IMG/VR virus record: IMGVR_UViG_3300021092_000027
Length of the DNA stretch: 64,000 bases
Source: an uncultured virus (IMG/VR IMGVR_UViG_3300021092_000027)
Taxonomy: Duplodnaviria; Heunggongvirae; Uroviricota; Caudoviricetes
Direction: 5' to 3' (one strand)
The position numbers and the translations under genes are program-made. Shown in pieces: positions 1-7,265 of the stretch. The notes below the pieces were generated by a model, which was not told where the DNA came from, did not search any database, and worked only from the letters and a program-made list of their open reading frames with translations. Numbering within the stretch: the stretch's first letter is position 1; every line of letters begins with the position of its first letter.

Positions 1-45
1 ACTGCTACTGGTCAAAGAACAATCGAACTCAGTGTATTCAAATGA
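1..45 (+). CDS. 3' end of a gene running in from the left (…TATGQRTIELSVFK*)
   Basis: Open frame from base 1 to TGA at 43-45; Thr/Gly-rich like its neighbours. Confidence 0.5.
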   Translation, partial: TATGQRTIELSVFK

Positions 46-152
46 AGAACTTACTCATCCTAGCAGTCATCTGTCTCTGGTGTATGCCTGTAATGGCATG
101 TCCACTGCACACACAAGCAGAAGAACCCAGTCGTGAATCTGTAAAGAAATGA
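42..152 (+). CDS. Small hypothetical peptide with hydrophobic N-terminus (MKNLLILAVICLWCMPVMACP…)
   Basis: ATGA overlap with the upstream stop; 36 aa; signal-peptide-like. Confidence 0.4.
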   Translation: MKNLLILAVICLWCMPVMACPLHTQAEEPSRESVKK

Positions 153-164
153 GAGGACTTCGTT

Positions 165-566
165 ATGTCTTTCGATGGATTTACCTCAAGTTTCAGAAAC
201 AGGGTGAGCTCTGCCCTGTATGCGGGGGTTGCACTTGTCACCCTCCACTCAACTGCACTTGCGAATACGGTCGTTCCTAACTTTACCAGTGGCACGATGA
301 CTTCTCACACGGAGTCAACAACAACGATAAATGAAACCATTCGCCAAATTGATTATCAAACAGGATGGAGTTACACCGTCACAGGAACAAATGTAAATGT
401 TCCAAGTGTTCCTCAACTGGGAACACCATACACAATCTATCAAAATGGAGCTCCATTCCAGTTCTCGGAAACTTATTCGGGTCCAGGAATGATCAAGGAC
501 ACAACGGTAAATCGCTCGACAACCATAATGTCGGTTACAGATACAACAAGTGTCTTCACACAGTAG
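165..566 (+). CDS. Secreted-type Thr-rich hypothetical protein (cyanophage family VVPNFTSGTMTSHTE…)
   Basis: GAGAGGA SD at 151-157; signal peptide ending ALA; beta-rich composition. Confidence 0.8.
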   Translation: MSFDGFTSSFRNRVSSALYAGVALVTLHSTALANTVVPNFTSGTMTSHTESTTTINETIRQIDYQTGWSYTVTGTNVNVPSVPQLGTPYTIYQNGAPFQFSETYSGPGMIKDTTVNRSTTIMSVTDTTSVFTQ

Positions 567-1273
567 CATCCATCCTTGTTCTAGGTGCCTTTGCGACCCC
601 TGTATATGCAGAAGGGGATACTCCAATTACAGCGGTCGCAAATCCCCAAGCTACATCAACAGGAAGTGTGACAAATCAGGCAGTTCAGGTCTTACAAGGT
701 CCATACGTTACCAACTCATACGGTGGTGGCGTAAGTTGTCAGGGACCTACGTTCAACCTAACACCATTCCTAACAACCACTAACAGCGGTCAAACTCCTT
801 TTGAGGATTTGGCAAATTTAGATAATGATCCTACAACACCACTGGAAAGAACAGGGCAGAAAAATAACTGGGCAAAAAACTTTGGTATCTCTGGCACCAT
901 CTCTATTCCTTTGGATGGTGGTCTTCAGGCACGTTGTAAGGAAGCAGCAGAGACTTGGACTAATCGCCAGAAGGCGGAGACTGATAAGGCACGTCTTGAT
1001 TTCGAACTCGTCCGCCTCCTAAAATGCGGCGAAGCAAAGAAGGCTGGGATACATTTTCATCCCGCATCTCCTTATGCGAAGATATGTGCAGACGTTGTTG
1101 TTGTTCCCACTGGAGGAACTGCTTCTTCTTCTGCAACTTCAGTTCCTTCTGGAACGTCTTCAAAACCTTCTTCTTCAAATCCAACTGGGCAGAGAAGTCA
1201 ACCTGCAACTCATAAGGCGTCAGGTCTCGGTGGAGCCGTTTCTTTGCCTGGACGTACAACTGCTGGACAATAG
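365..1273 (+). CDS. Secreted-type hypothetical protein (ANPQATSTGSVTNQAVQVLQGPY…); true start unresolved
   Basis: Long ORF with signal-peptide-like stretch at about 545-610 and paired Cys; the only upstream in-frame ATG is at 365, inside the previous gene. Confidence 0.7.
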   Translation: MELHRHRNKCKCSKCSSTGNTIHNLSKWSSIPVLGNLFGSRNDQGHNGKSLDNHNVGYRYNKCLHTVASILVLGAFATPVYAEGDTPITAVANPQATSTGSVTNQAVQVLQGPYVTNSYGGGVSCQGPTFNLTPFLTTTNSGQTPFEDLANLDNDPTTPLERTGQKNNWAKNFGISGTISIPLDGGLQARCKEAAETWTNRQKAETDKARLDFELVRLLKCGEAKKAGIHFHPASPYAKICADVVVVPTGGTASSSATSVPSGTSSKPSSSNPTGQRSQPATHKASGLGGAVSLPGRTTAGQ

Positions 1274-1754
1274 GTTTCATTTTACCTACCATCCATTCCA
1301 CAAAAGATTTGCCAACAAGAGCCGCAGCAACAGAGGCAGTAGCAGTAGTCCCAGCAAGAATAACCTGCTCCCGAGGTGGGACTGGGACTTCCCCGATGAT
1401 TGGTACTTCAATTACAGGTACTCCTAGATTTGTTGTTGGTGGTAAAGCTGGAGATTGTTGTGTCTCAGTGGATGGTTTTATTGCATTAAGTATTGGTCTA
1501 ATATCTGGAAGTTGTCTTGGAGCTTCTTGTACTGACTCTTCTTTGTTTTGTTCTTGATTCTGCCCCTCTATCATTAGTTTCCACTGCTCTACGGTGGGAA
1601 CATCAAGAGGATAATAATATGGAAGTTCGGCAGTAGGAACTTCCACAACTGGTTTCTTTAAAGTCTTAGTTACTGGTGGATAAAAAACAGGAGGTTCCAC
1701 CTGACGAACAGTCGGAACCTCTAACTCAGATACCTTTATTTCTGGTATTTCCAT
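960..1754 (-). CDS. Pro-rich single-membrane-anchor hypothetical protein
   Basis: 264 aa ORF; Pro-rich N-half, hydrophobic VILAGTTATASVAAALVG segment, basic tail. Confidence 0.8.
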   Translation of the reverse strand: MEIPEIKVSELEVPTVRQVEPPVFYPPVTKTLKKPVVEVPTAELPYYYPLDVPTVEQWKLMIEGQNQEQNKEESVQEAPRQLPDIRPILNAIKPSTETQQSPALPPTTNLGVPVIEVPIIGEVPVPPREQVILAGTTATASVAAALVGKSFVEWMVGKMKPIVQQLYVQAKKRLHRDLTPYELQVDFSAQLDLKKKVLKTFQKELKLQKKKQFLQWEQQQRLHISSHKEMRDENVSQPSLLRRILGGGRVRNQDVPYQSPPSGD

Positions 1755-1918
1755 TACCCAATATATTCGTCTAACTTATCTAGAATTTTATTAAGATAAC
1801 GATGAGCTAACCACTTAGGATCATAACCAGATTTATTCATCCATTCATTATCAAGGTCTTTTTTTAATTTAAGAATTTCACACTTGATAATATCCTTCGT
1901 CACATATGACCTTGCCAC
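1754..1918 (-). CDS. Small hypothetical protein (54 aa, …WLAHRYLNKILDKLDEY)
   Basis: GTG start at 1918, TAA overlapping the next ATG; not in the ORF track (under 60 aa). Confidence 0.65.
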   Translation of the reverse strand: MARSYVTKDIIKCEILKLKKDLDNEWMNKSGYDPKWLAHRYLNKILDKLDEYIG

Positions 1919-1920
1919 GA

Positions 1921-2112
1921 TCAGAACAATTTAATAGGTAGAGGAAGGGATGGAATAGCCTGCTCAACTTTACCCTTTACAACTTTCTCAACTAACTTCT
2001 CTGGGTTGTTGATTAGATCTTCAACCTTTTGATAAGTAGTCCAAGCTGCATATGCCAAACCCAAACTAACTGCCAAACTTACGGCAGAAAGTGTCAACGA
2101 AACATACTTCAC
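1921..2112 (-). CDS. Small membrane protein
   Basis: 63 aa, N-terminal transmembrane helix, GGAG SD. Confidence 0.7.
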   Translation of the reverse strand: MKYVSLTLSAVSLAVSLGLAYAAWTTYQKVEDLINNPEKLVEKVVKGKVEQAIPSLPLPIKLF

Positions 2113-2570
2113 AAGTCACCTCTCCTTGGTTGAACGTATCCTTCTCCAGTCTCATCACCCTCTGAAGGTTCTACTTTTGATTCCAGATTTGATACTCTTT
2201 CTTCCAGAGATGCTTCTACTGCTGGCTCTTCCCAAAGAGGAGCAACAGCTGGTTCGGTCTTCTCTTCTTCCTCATCTTTTGGTCTGGAATAAACACCAAC
2301 GTTGGAAAAGTCGTTGGCATTACCACCGCTGTTGGCATTATTATTGGCATTACCAGTTGCATTTCTGCTCAGAGCGACACCAAATCCAGCGAGAGATCCA
2401 GAGAAAACTGATGCAATAAAGGTTGGATCGAAGTCCATAATCTTCTGACCGCTTGGGAGCCTTACATATGAGGCTGTGAGAAGACCAGCGGACCAGATCA
2501 GAACAGCTACCTTGATTGAATCAGATAACCATTCTCTTTTCTTTTCGTGTTCGTCGTTGATTTCCTGCAT
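2109..2570 (-). CDS. Two-TM membrane protein with acidic tail
   Basis: 153 aa; motif DPTFIASVFSGSLAGFGV. Confidence 0.75.
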   Translation of the reverse strand: MQEINDEHEKKREWLSDSIKVAVLIWSAGLLTASYVRLPSGQKIMDFDPTFIASVFSGSLAGFGVALSRNATGNANNNANSGGNANDFSNVGVYSRPKDEEEEKTEPAVAPLWEEPAVEASLEERVSNLESKVEPSEGDETGEGYVQPRRGDL

Positions 2571-2572
2571 AA

Positions 2573-2600
2573 AAATAGAGGAGCCTGGGCTCCTCTATTT
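2573..2600 (-). terminator. Hairpin/intrinsic terminator
   Basis: Inverted repeat AAATAGAGGAGC-CTGG-GCTCCTCTATTT with T-run on the minus strand. Confidence 0.6.
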
Positions 2601-2601
2601 A

Positions 2602-2676
2602 GGACTCCATGCACGCCACTTGCTTTTTTACTAGAAGCAAGAAACTAGGCGGGAGAGAGTCCCATCCGCACCACCA
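2602..2676 (-). ncRNA. Structured cis-regulatory RNA resembling the cyanophage wcaG motif
   Basis: Minus strand GGTGCGGATGGGACTCTCTCCCGCC…CTTGCTT…AAGCAAGTGGCGTGCATG with nested stems; family call from memory of the consensus. Confidence 0.55.
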
Positions 2677-2698
2677 ATTCTTTTAGGAAATTGGAAAC

Positions 2699-2905
2699 CT
2701 ACTTAGAACTTACAAAGTTATTAATATTCTCGGCAAGTTGTTGAATATACTCAAAAGTAGGAAATGTTGGAAATTCTTTCAAGTTATTTGAGTTAATTTG
2801 TTTTTCATTCCACATCGTAACAGCAGCATATTCAGATTGATACTGACGATCTGCTAGTGCTTCTGCTTCCTGAAAAATGTTGAATCTAAGTTCGTAAGGT
2901 GTCAT
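2699..2905 (-). CDS. Conserved small T4-like phage protein (MTPYELRF…FPTF…INNFVS)
   Basis: 68 aa; strong AAGGAG SD after an A/C-rich leader. Confidence 0.8.
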   Translation of the reverse strand: MTPYELRFNIFQEAEALADRQYQSEYAAVTMWNEKQINSNNLKEFPTFPTFEYIQQLAENINNFVSSK

Positions 2906-2950
2906 AATTTTACTCCTTGTGTGTTTGTGTTGTGTGTAGAAGGGGGGGTT

Positions 2951-3037
2951 TCCCGACCAGGGTTTTTAACGTGTCTCCATCACGGGCATGTTGGGGATGA
3001 CTCCACCAGGATAAGTTTTAAGTCGTTCCAGGACTAT
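2951..3037 (-). ncRNA. Two-unit structured RNA repeat, abiF-motif-like
   Basis: Two units of 4-bp stem, NTGGANN loop, TAAAA(A)C, CCTGGT; the stems covary. Confidence 0.55.
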
Positions 3038-3040
3038 CAA

Positions 3041-3307
3041 TTACGACCAGTGTCTATAAGCTCCGACCTCAGGATCAGGATCCAACCACTTAGCATATTC
3101 GGGATCTTCCATGGCAATCTCAAACTGCATACCATTATCACAGAAATACATATCTTTGTAACGCTTACTCCACTCATTCCATTTCTGGATACGATAGTCA
3201 GGCATACCATTAAGATCGATAGTGCCTACAGTAACAAAGCGATATGGGAATCGCTCAAGATATACCTGAACTTTAGCAGGCGTCGTCGTGGTCTGTGAGG
3301 AAAGCAT
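3041..3307 (-). CDS. Conserved cyanophage hypothetical protein (ERFPYRFV…PDYRIQK…WLDP)
   Basis: ORF in operon context with GGTG SD. Confidence 0.75.
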   Translation of the reverse strand: MLSSQTTTTPAKVQVYLERFPYRFVTVGTIDLNGMPDYRIQKWNEWSKRYKDMYFCDNGMQFEIAMEDPEYAKWLDPDPEVGAYRHWS

Positions 3308-3458
3308 AATCACCAAGGAGAGAAGGGTCTGCTGGAACCATCATTACTTTACTACCATCTGGTCTGACTATGCAATAGACCTGACCACTTTCTGTACTGT
3401 CCACGAGCTCTTCCAAACGTTGCTCTGCTTCTGCTTCTGTGATTTCGATAATTTCCAT
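3273..3458 (-). CDS. Phd/YefM-like antitoxin-fold protein
   Basis: Pattern ITEAEAEQRLEELVD…GQVYCIVRPDG…VMMVP matches the Phd/YefM N-terminal domain. Confidence 0.6.
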   Translation of the reverse strand: MEIIEITEAEAEQRLEELVDSTESGQVYCIVRPDGSKVMMVPADPSLLGDYAFLTDHDDAC

Positions 3459-3485
3459 ATTTGAGTATTGTGTTTGTTTATAGAG

Positions 3486-3557
3486 TCGGGGCGACAGGGA
3501 TTGAACCTGTGACCTCTGGTTCCCAAAACCAGCATTCTACCGCTGAACTACGCCCCG
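3486..3557 (-). tRNA. tRNA-Pro(UGG)
   Basis: Cloverleaf CGGGGCG…CGCCCCG-A; anticodon loop TT-TGG-GA; TTCAA T-loop. Confidence 0.95.
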
Positions 3558-3645
3558 TGGCGGAAGTGGTAGGATTTGAACCCACGAACGCTTTCACGTT
3601 GCTTGTTTTCAAGACAAGTGCCTTAAACCACTCGGCCACACTTCC
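3558..3645 (-). tRNA. tRNA-Ser(UGA)
   Basis: GGAAGTG…CACTTCC-GCCA; long variable arm; anticodon loop CT-TGA-AA. Confidence 0.95.
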
Positions 3646-3661
3646 ATTTGTTGACCCCTGT

Positions 3662-3691
3662 ATTATATAGGGGGTGATGGGGGTTTGTCAA
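3662..3691 (-). promoter_or_regulatory. Sigma70-type promoter for the tRNA-Ser/Pro operon
   Basis: TTGACA-N18-TATAAT on the minus strand. Confidence 0.8.
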
Positions 3692-4052
3692 CCCCCTCAT
3701 CTCTTTTCTTTACTTGTTTTGCACTCCAGGCAATCAGTGCCATAAGAGCAAAGTAAAATAGATAATCATCTATCATTACAAGAAAAAATATAATCGCACC
3801 ACCATACTTCAAGTAATCAGGAAGTGGTAGTTTACTAGCAGCCCACCTTACTTGTTTCTCGAAGATGAAGTACAGGGGTGCTAGTGCAGTGACTACAAAC
3901 TCACTGTAAGGAACAACGAAGTAAAGAGAAAGAATTACAAAGATTGGAAAGTAATGTCTAGGTGGTATTTTTTTCAAATAAGAGACATATAAATCAATCC
4001 ACCCCTTTCGGGTACGTGGTCTGTTTTTCCAGAACTGTGTAATCTTTCTCAT
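3663..4052 (-). CDS. Multi-pass membrane hypothetical protein
   Basis: 129 aa with several hydrophobic segments. Confidence 0.7.
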   Translation of the reverse strand: MRKITQFWKNRPRTRKGWIDLYVSYLKKIPPRHYFPIFVILSLYFVVPYSEFVVTALAPLYFIFEKQVRWAASKLPLPDYLKYGGAIIFFLVMIDDYLFYFALMALIAWSAKQVKKRDEGVDKPPSPPI

Positions 4053-4114
4053 AACCTATCAGAAACTATAACGAACTTTCACTTTACCACCGAGACCGAA
4101 GACTTCGTTTCCAT

Positions 4115-4846
4115 TTAATTTTTGACAATCCAAGTCTCATGGTAGTTCATGATCCTTGGGACTTTCAACTCAAATTCTACACCATTATAAGAAGTTTGGC
4201 AAGGGCATCGAAGCTGACCGAGATAAAGTTTCGGATCCTCAGCTTCACATTTAAAAAACTGGGAGTCCTTGACGGAAGAACGAAAGTCCGTTCTCATTAA
4301 AGTCTCTGGTCTATAATGCCAAACGTTATACATTAAAGTATAACGATCTATATTACCATCCTGAACACCATGGATATATCTAGAATCAAAAGTAAAAAAC
4401 TTACCTTCTCCAGGAACTGAGTAGGTAACTTCGGTTGGTTTTCTAGGTTCAAATTGCATAATGTCTTCACCAAACTGAGCCATGTCTAAGACTATAGTTG
4501 GTGATCTGTGAAGATTTAAATACGTTACCGTAGATATTAACGGTAGAACATATCTACCATCATTCTTCCGTATGTATTCATCACAATCTACATGAAATGG
4601 TAAGAATTTATCTTCGTCATCATATGAATGGAACCACCATTCAAATCCTATTGCAGTAGGAAACTGATCAGCCAAATACATGTCGAAAGAATCCTGGACA
4701 TACTTCTCAAGGCTATTCACTGGGTCGTCATAGAGACCTACCCAGTGGTTTCCTACCAAATTATATTCTTCTATTTGTTTACACTCATGTTTTAGAAATC
4801 CACAAGTATAAGAATCTATAATTTGATCGTAAGATTTAACATTCAT
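4115..4846 (-). CDS. 2OG-Fe(II) oxygenase-like protein
   Basis: FHVDCDE (HxD), distal HGV, terminal RYTLMYN strand. Confidence 0.7.
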   Translation of the reverse strand: MNVKSYDQIIDSYTCGFLKHECKQIEEYNLVGNHWVGLYDDPVNSLEKYVQDSFDMYLADQFPTAIGFEWWFHSYDDEDKFLPFHVDCDEYIRKNDGRYVLPLISTVTYLNLHRSPTIVLDMAQFGEDIMQFEPRKPTEVTYSVPGEGKFFTFDSRYIHGVQDGNIDRYTLMYNVWHYRPETLMRTDFRSSVKDSQFFKCEAEDPKLYLGQLRCPCQTSYNGVEFELKVPRIMNYHETWIVKN

Positions 4847-5076
4847 TTGATTTGAACATCACTAAGTTTGGTTGTTCGTTTTCTCTGTTCTTCCTTTCCA
4901 ATTCCAAGCTTGTCAGTATCTTTCGGTTGACCAATTTGGATAATCTGTTTCAGGTCTCTCCCACCGATAACATCTCCCTTAACATAAGTTTGATTGTCGC
5001 AGGTGCAAATTTGGAAATCATAAGCATGTCTAGATGTAAGCGTGGTGTTACATCTCTTGCAACGTACTGTTAACAT
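4843..5076 (-). CDS. Zn-ribbon hypothetical protein
   Basis: CxxC…CxC motif. Confidence 0.7.
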   Translation of the reverse strand: MLTVRCKRCNTTLTSRHAYDFQICTCDNQTYVKGDVIGGRDLKQIIQIGQPKDTDKLGIGKEEQRKRTTKLSDVQIK

Positions 5077-5545
5077 CGTTCTTCTCTATATCTATAAACA
5101 TAAAAATCATATCGTCGTCTGAAAAATTGTAACCTTCATGAACGTAATCCATAACGTCATATATTTCTGGTTTACCAGGTTGCCAGTATTTCTTTTCACC
5201 TTGCCAAACCATATAACAATCTGTAGGATGAACTAGTAAAGGAATTTGTATCCTCCTATACTTCTTACCATCATAAACATTAGGATCTCTGTGAGGACCA
5301 AGCTCAGTTCCAGGAAGGAAACATGAAATGGTTGCAAATAAAATCTCATCAGAATCAAGTATGTCCACTATTTCGGGTTCAGTGACTACACTTTCCCGAA
5401 CTCCACTCCAAGCCTTTCCATGCCCTTTCAACCAACAAAAATAGATATCTTGATTTGAATATCCAACTGAGGTTGGGGCTTTACGGAGAGGAAAGTCTTG
5501 TTCTATTGCCCAATTGTATAGTTTATCAATATCAGATCGTTTCAT
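5048..5545 (-). CDS. Aspartyl/asparaginyl beta-hydroxylase-like 2OG-Fe(II) oxygenase
   Basis: PGTELGPHRD, RIQIPL, W-x-x-G, HEGYN. Confidence 0.8.
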   Translation of the reverse strand: MKRSDIDKLYNWAIEQDFPLRKAPTSVGYSNQDIYFCWLKGHGKAWSGVRESVVTEPEIVDILDSDEILFATISCFLPGTELGPHRDPNVYDGKKYRRIQIPLLVHPTDCYMVWQGEKKYWQPGKPEIYDVMDYVHEGYNFSDDDMIFMFIDIEKNDVNSTLQEM

Positions 5546-5558
5546 ATCTAACCTCCGA

Positions 5559-5630
5559 TGGGCGATACTGGATTCGAACCAGTGACCCTCTCCTTGTAAG
5601 GGAGACGCGCTACCGCTGTGCCAATCGCCC
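5559..5630 (-). tRNA. tRNA-Val(UAC)
   Basis: GGGCGAT…ATCGCCC-A; anticodon loop CT-TAC-AA. Confidence 0.95.
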
Positions 5631-5706
5631 TGGCGACTCAGGTTGGGGTCGAACCAACGACCGACTGCTTAGAAGGCAGTTGCTCTATCCACTGAGCTAC
5701 TGAGTC
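5631..5706 (-). tRNA. tRNA-Arg(UCU)
   Basis: GACTCAG…CTGAGTC-GCCA; anticodon loop CT-TCT-AA. Confidence 0.95.
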
Positions 5707-5714
5707 AGGAAGAG

Positions 5715-5864
5715 TCAGTACTCTATGTATACTGGACCCTGTTCAATCTTACCCTTAAAGTTCCTATAAAGCTCAATTGCTTTTTGAACTTCACCTTCTG
5801 AAACAAGGGTGTGGATCAGATCGATGATGTCATCTTCAGTTTTCGTTCTTTCGATGGTTGTCAT
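5715..5864 (-). CDS. Small hypothetical protein (MTTIERTK…)
   Basis: AGGA SD downstream of the promoter at 5888-5917; start chosen downstream of the track start. Confidence 0.65.
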   Translation of the reverse strand: MTTIERTKTEDDIIDLIHTLVSEGEVQKAIELYRNFKGKIEQGPVYIEY

Positions 5865-5887
5865 GGTCCTGTCCTTTGAACTTGTTA

Positions 5888-5917
5888 AGTATACCAGGAC
5901 CAAAGTGCCTATGTCAA
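5888..5917 (-). promoter_or_regulatory. Sigma70-type promoter
   Basis: TTGACA-N18-TATACT on the minus strand. Confidence 0.75.
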
Positions 5918-6111
5918 GCTTGTCCTGGCGGTTGTTGTTCCAGTACGACAACTGGACAAATTTTTGGGCTCTCTATCCATTCCCACCACTCCTCATAGAT
6001 GGCATATAGGTCTTCCGTTCTTCCTACTTGATTTAAATATTCCATTCTGTCACCCGACCACTGCACCAAGTCATCAACCAACTTTTGTATATTAGCTGGA
6101 CGACTTTCCAT
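5914..6111 (-). CDS. Small hypothetical protein
   Basis: 65 aa; AIYEEWWEWIE motif. Confidence 0.65.
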   Translation of the reverse strand: MESRPANIQKLVDDLVQWSGDRMEYLNQVGRTEDLYAIYEEWWEWIESPKICPVVVLEQQPPGQA

Positions 6112-6535
6112 AGTAGTCTTTCCTCATGTATCTACCGAGAATGTTTGAGTTGTAGAATGCAGGAGCACCGTTCAACTCTTCTATCAATACATTATTTAGG
6201 AACAGTTGTTTAGTTTCTTCGTAATTGCAAGAACCTTTTGTTTTATGTAGGCTTATGATCTGTCGTTTGAAGTGTTGCCTTCCGTACTTCTTGACATCAT
6301 CTTTGAGCTCTGGACAGGATCCGTAATATTTTTTCCAATCAGACTCTGACTTAACCTTTCTAGATTTTCCTCTTGGTGTGCGGTAACTCCAGAAATACTT
6401 TCGACCAATATATTTACGATCAGTTTCACTGCAAGTAATAAGATATACAAAACCAAAATAATCTTGAATATCATCTGAACCAAAAACTTTTCCGTTATAG
6501 GTCCAAGGGTTTTCATAGTCAATCAGGATATCCAT
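6092..6535 (-). CDS. GIY-YIG nuclease-family protein
   Basis: GFVYLIT…KYIGRK; WKKYYGS; YNSNI. Confidence 0.8.
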   Translation of the reverse strand: MDILIDYENPWTYNGKVFGSDDIQDYFGFVYLITCSETDRKYIGRKYFWSYRTPRGKSRKVKSESDWKKYYGSCPELKDDVKKYGRQHFKRQIISLHKTKGSCNYEETKQLFLNNVLIEELNGAPAFYNSNILGRYMRKDYYGKSSS

Positions 6536-6665
6536 CATCATCATCTTCACTAAAATAACCAGGATCTGCTTTATAGCTATCTACATCTGCATATACTTCT
6601 ACCTTCAACTCAGCAATTACATCTTCTAGTTCTTCTATCAATTGCTTCAGGCGTCTTTTTTCCAT
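6519..6665 (-). CDS. Small acidic-tail protein (…ELKVEVYADVDSY…DDDDGYPD)
   Basis: 48 aa ORF filling the gap in operon order. Confidence 0.7.
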   Translation of the reverse strand: MEKRRLKQLIEELEDVIAELKVEVYADVDSYKADPGYFSEDDDDGYPD

Positions 6666-6700
6666 AAAAAATTCCCCGACTACTATATGTAGCGGGGAAT
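6666..6700 (-). terminator. Intrinsic terminator ending the peptide operon
   Basis: ATTCCCCG…CGGGGAAT followed by a T-run on the minus strand. Confidence 0.6.
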
Positions 6701-6705
6701 ATATT

Positions 6706-6858
6706 TTAAAAGTTTTTAAAGTGTTTTTTACCTTTTCTCCTTACAACTCTTCGTATCTCTGGAGGTTCTTTCCTTATTGGAAATTTCCTTTGCTCTGTAA
6801 ATATGCCGTCATTAGTAATCATTCTAGTTAAAACTAATAACTGAATCAACAGTTTCAT
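6706..6858 (-). CDS. Small basic peptide (MKLLIQLLVL…)
   Basis: ATGA-coupled to the upstream ORF. Confidence 0.6.
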   Translation of the reverse strand: MKLLIQLLVLTRMITNDGIFTEQRKFPIRKEPPEIRRVVRRKGKKHFKNF

Positions 6859-6941
6859 CCCAAAGTTGCAATATAGAGTTGTGCTTCTTGAAGTTTTCTT
6901 TGCTTGATGATTTGCTTGCGAATTACATCCAACCAATTCAT
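6855..6941 (-). CDS. 28-aa peptide (MNWLDVIRKQIIKQRKLQEAQLYIATLG)
   Basis: GGAGG SD; ATGA overlaps at both ends. Confidence 0.6.
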   Translation of the reverse strand: MNWLDVIRKQIIKQRKLQEAQLYIATLG

Positions 6942-7099
6942 TTTACTTCCTCCCAGTTCCAATTGTTACATGGACGATAGGAAATACCACGATACTTATT
7001 TGGTGGATGAGATGGAGCATGTGTTTCCGAATACCACTTACGGTACTCTAGTTTTGGAGTGTGAGTATTATACTTAACACCACGATAGGTTGCTGTCAT
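6938..7099 (-). CDS. DUF4278-like peptide 2
   Basis: Two YRG motifs (TYRGVKY, KYRGISY); ATGA-coupled. Confidence 0.75.
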   Translation of the reverse strand: MTATYRGVKYNTHTPKLEYRKWYSETHAPSHPPNKYRGISYRPCNNWNWEEVK

Positions 7100-7236
7100 C
7101 CCTTGGTCCCCTCTTTTACAAATTTGACCCCACGGTAGGTCTCATTATATTGTTGAGGTTGTTGTTGCATTTGCTGTTGGTAGGCGATACGCTTTTCGGT
7201 ATCGTATTCAACGCCACGGTATACTACTTTTGACAT
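7096..7236 (-). CDS. DUF4278-like peptide 1
   Basis: VYRGVEY…TYRGVKF; AGGAG SD directly after the riboswitch-like RNA. Confidence 0.8.
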   Translation of the reverse strand: MSKVVYRGVEYDTEKRIAYQQQMQQQPQQYNETYRGVKFVKEGTKG

Positions 7237-7265
7237 TAGGTTTCTCCTTAATTTTGAGGCTAAAG

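Noticed and set aside
149..280. Cys-rich alternative ORF MRGLRYVF…CPVCGGCTCHPPLNCTC
   Set aside because: Lies almost entirely within 165..566, whose SD and signal peptide are better supported; the Cys richness can arise from off-frame reading of Ala/Val codons
2951..3037. Mini-CRISPR array
   Set aside because: Only two units, repeats are not sequence-identical, no spacer periodicity and no cas genes in the window
6092..6535. Mobile homing endonuclease
   Set aside because: Only the GIY-YIG catalytic domain, with no visible DNA-binding extension or interrupted host gene; treated as a resident gene
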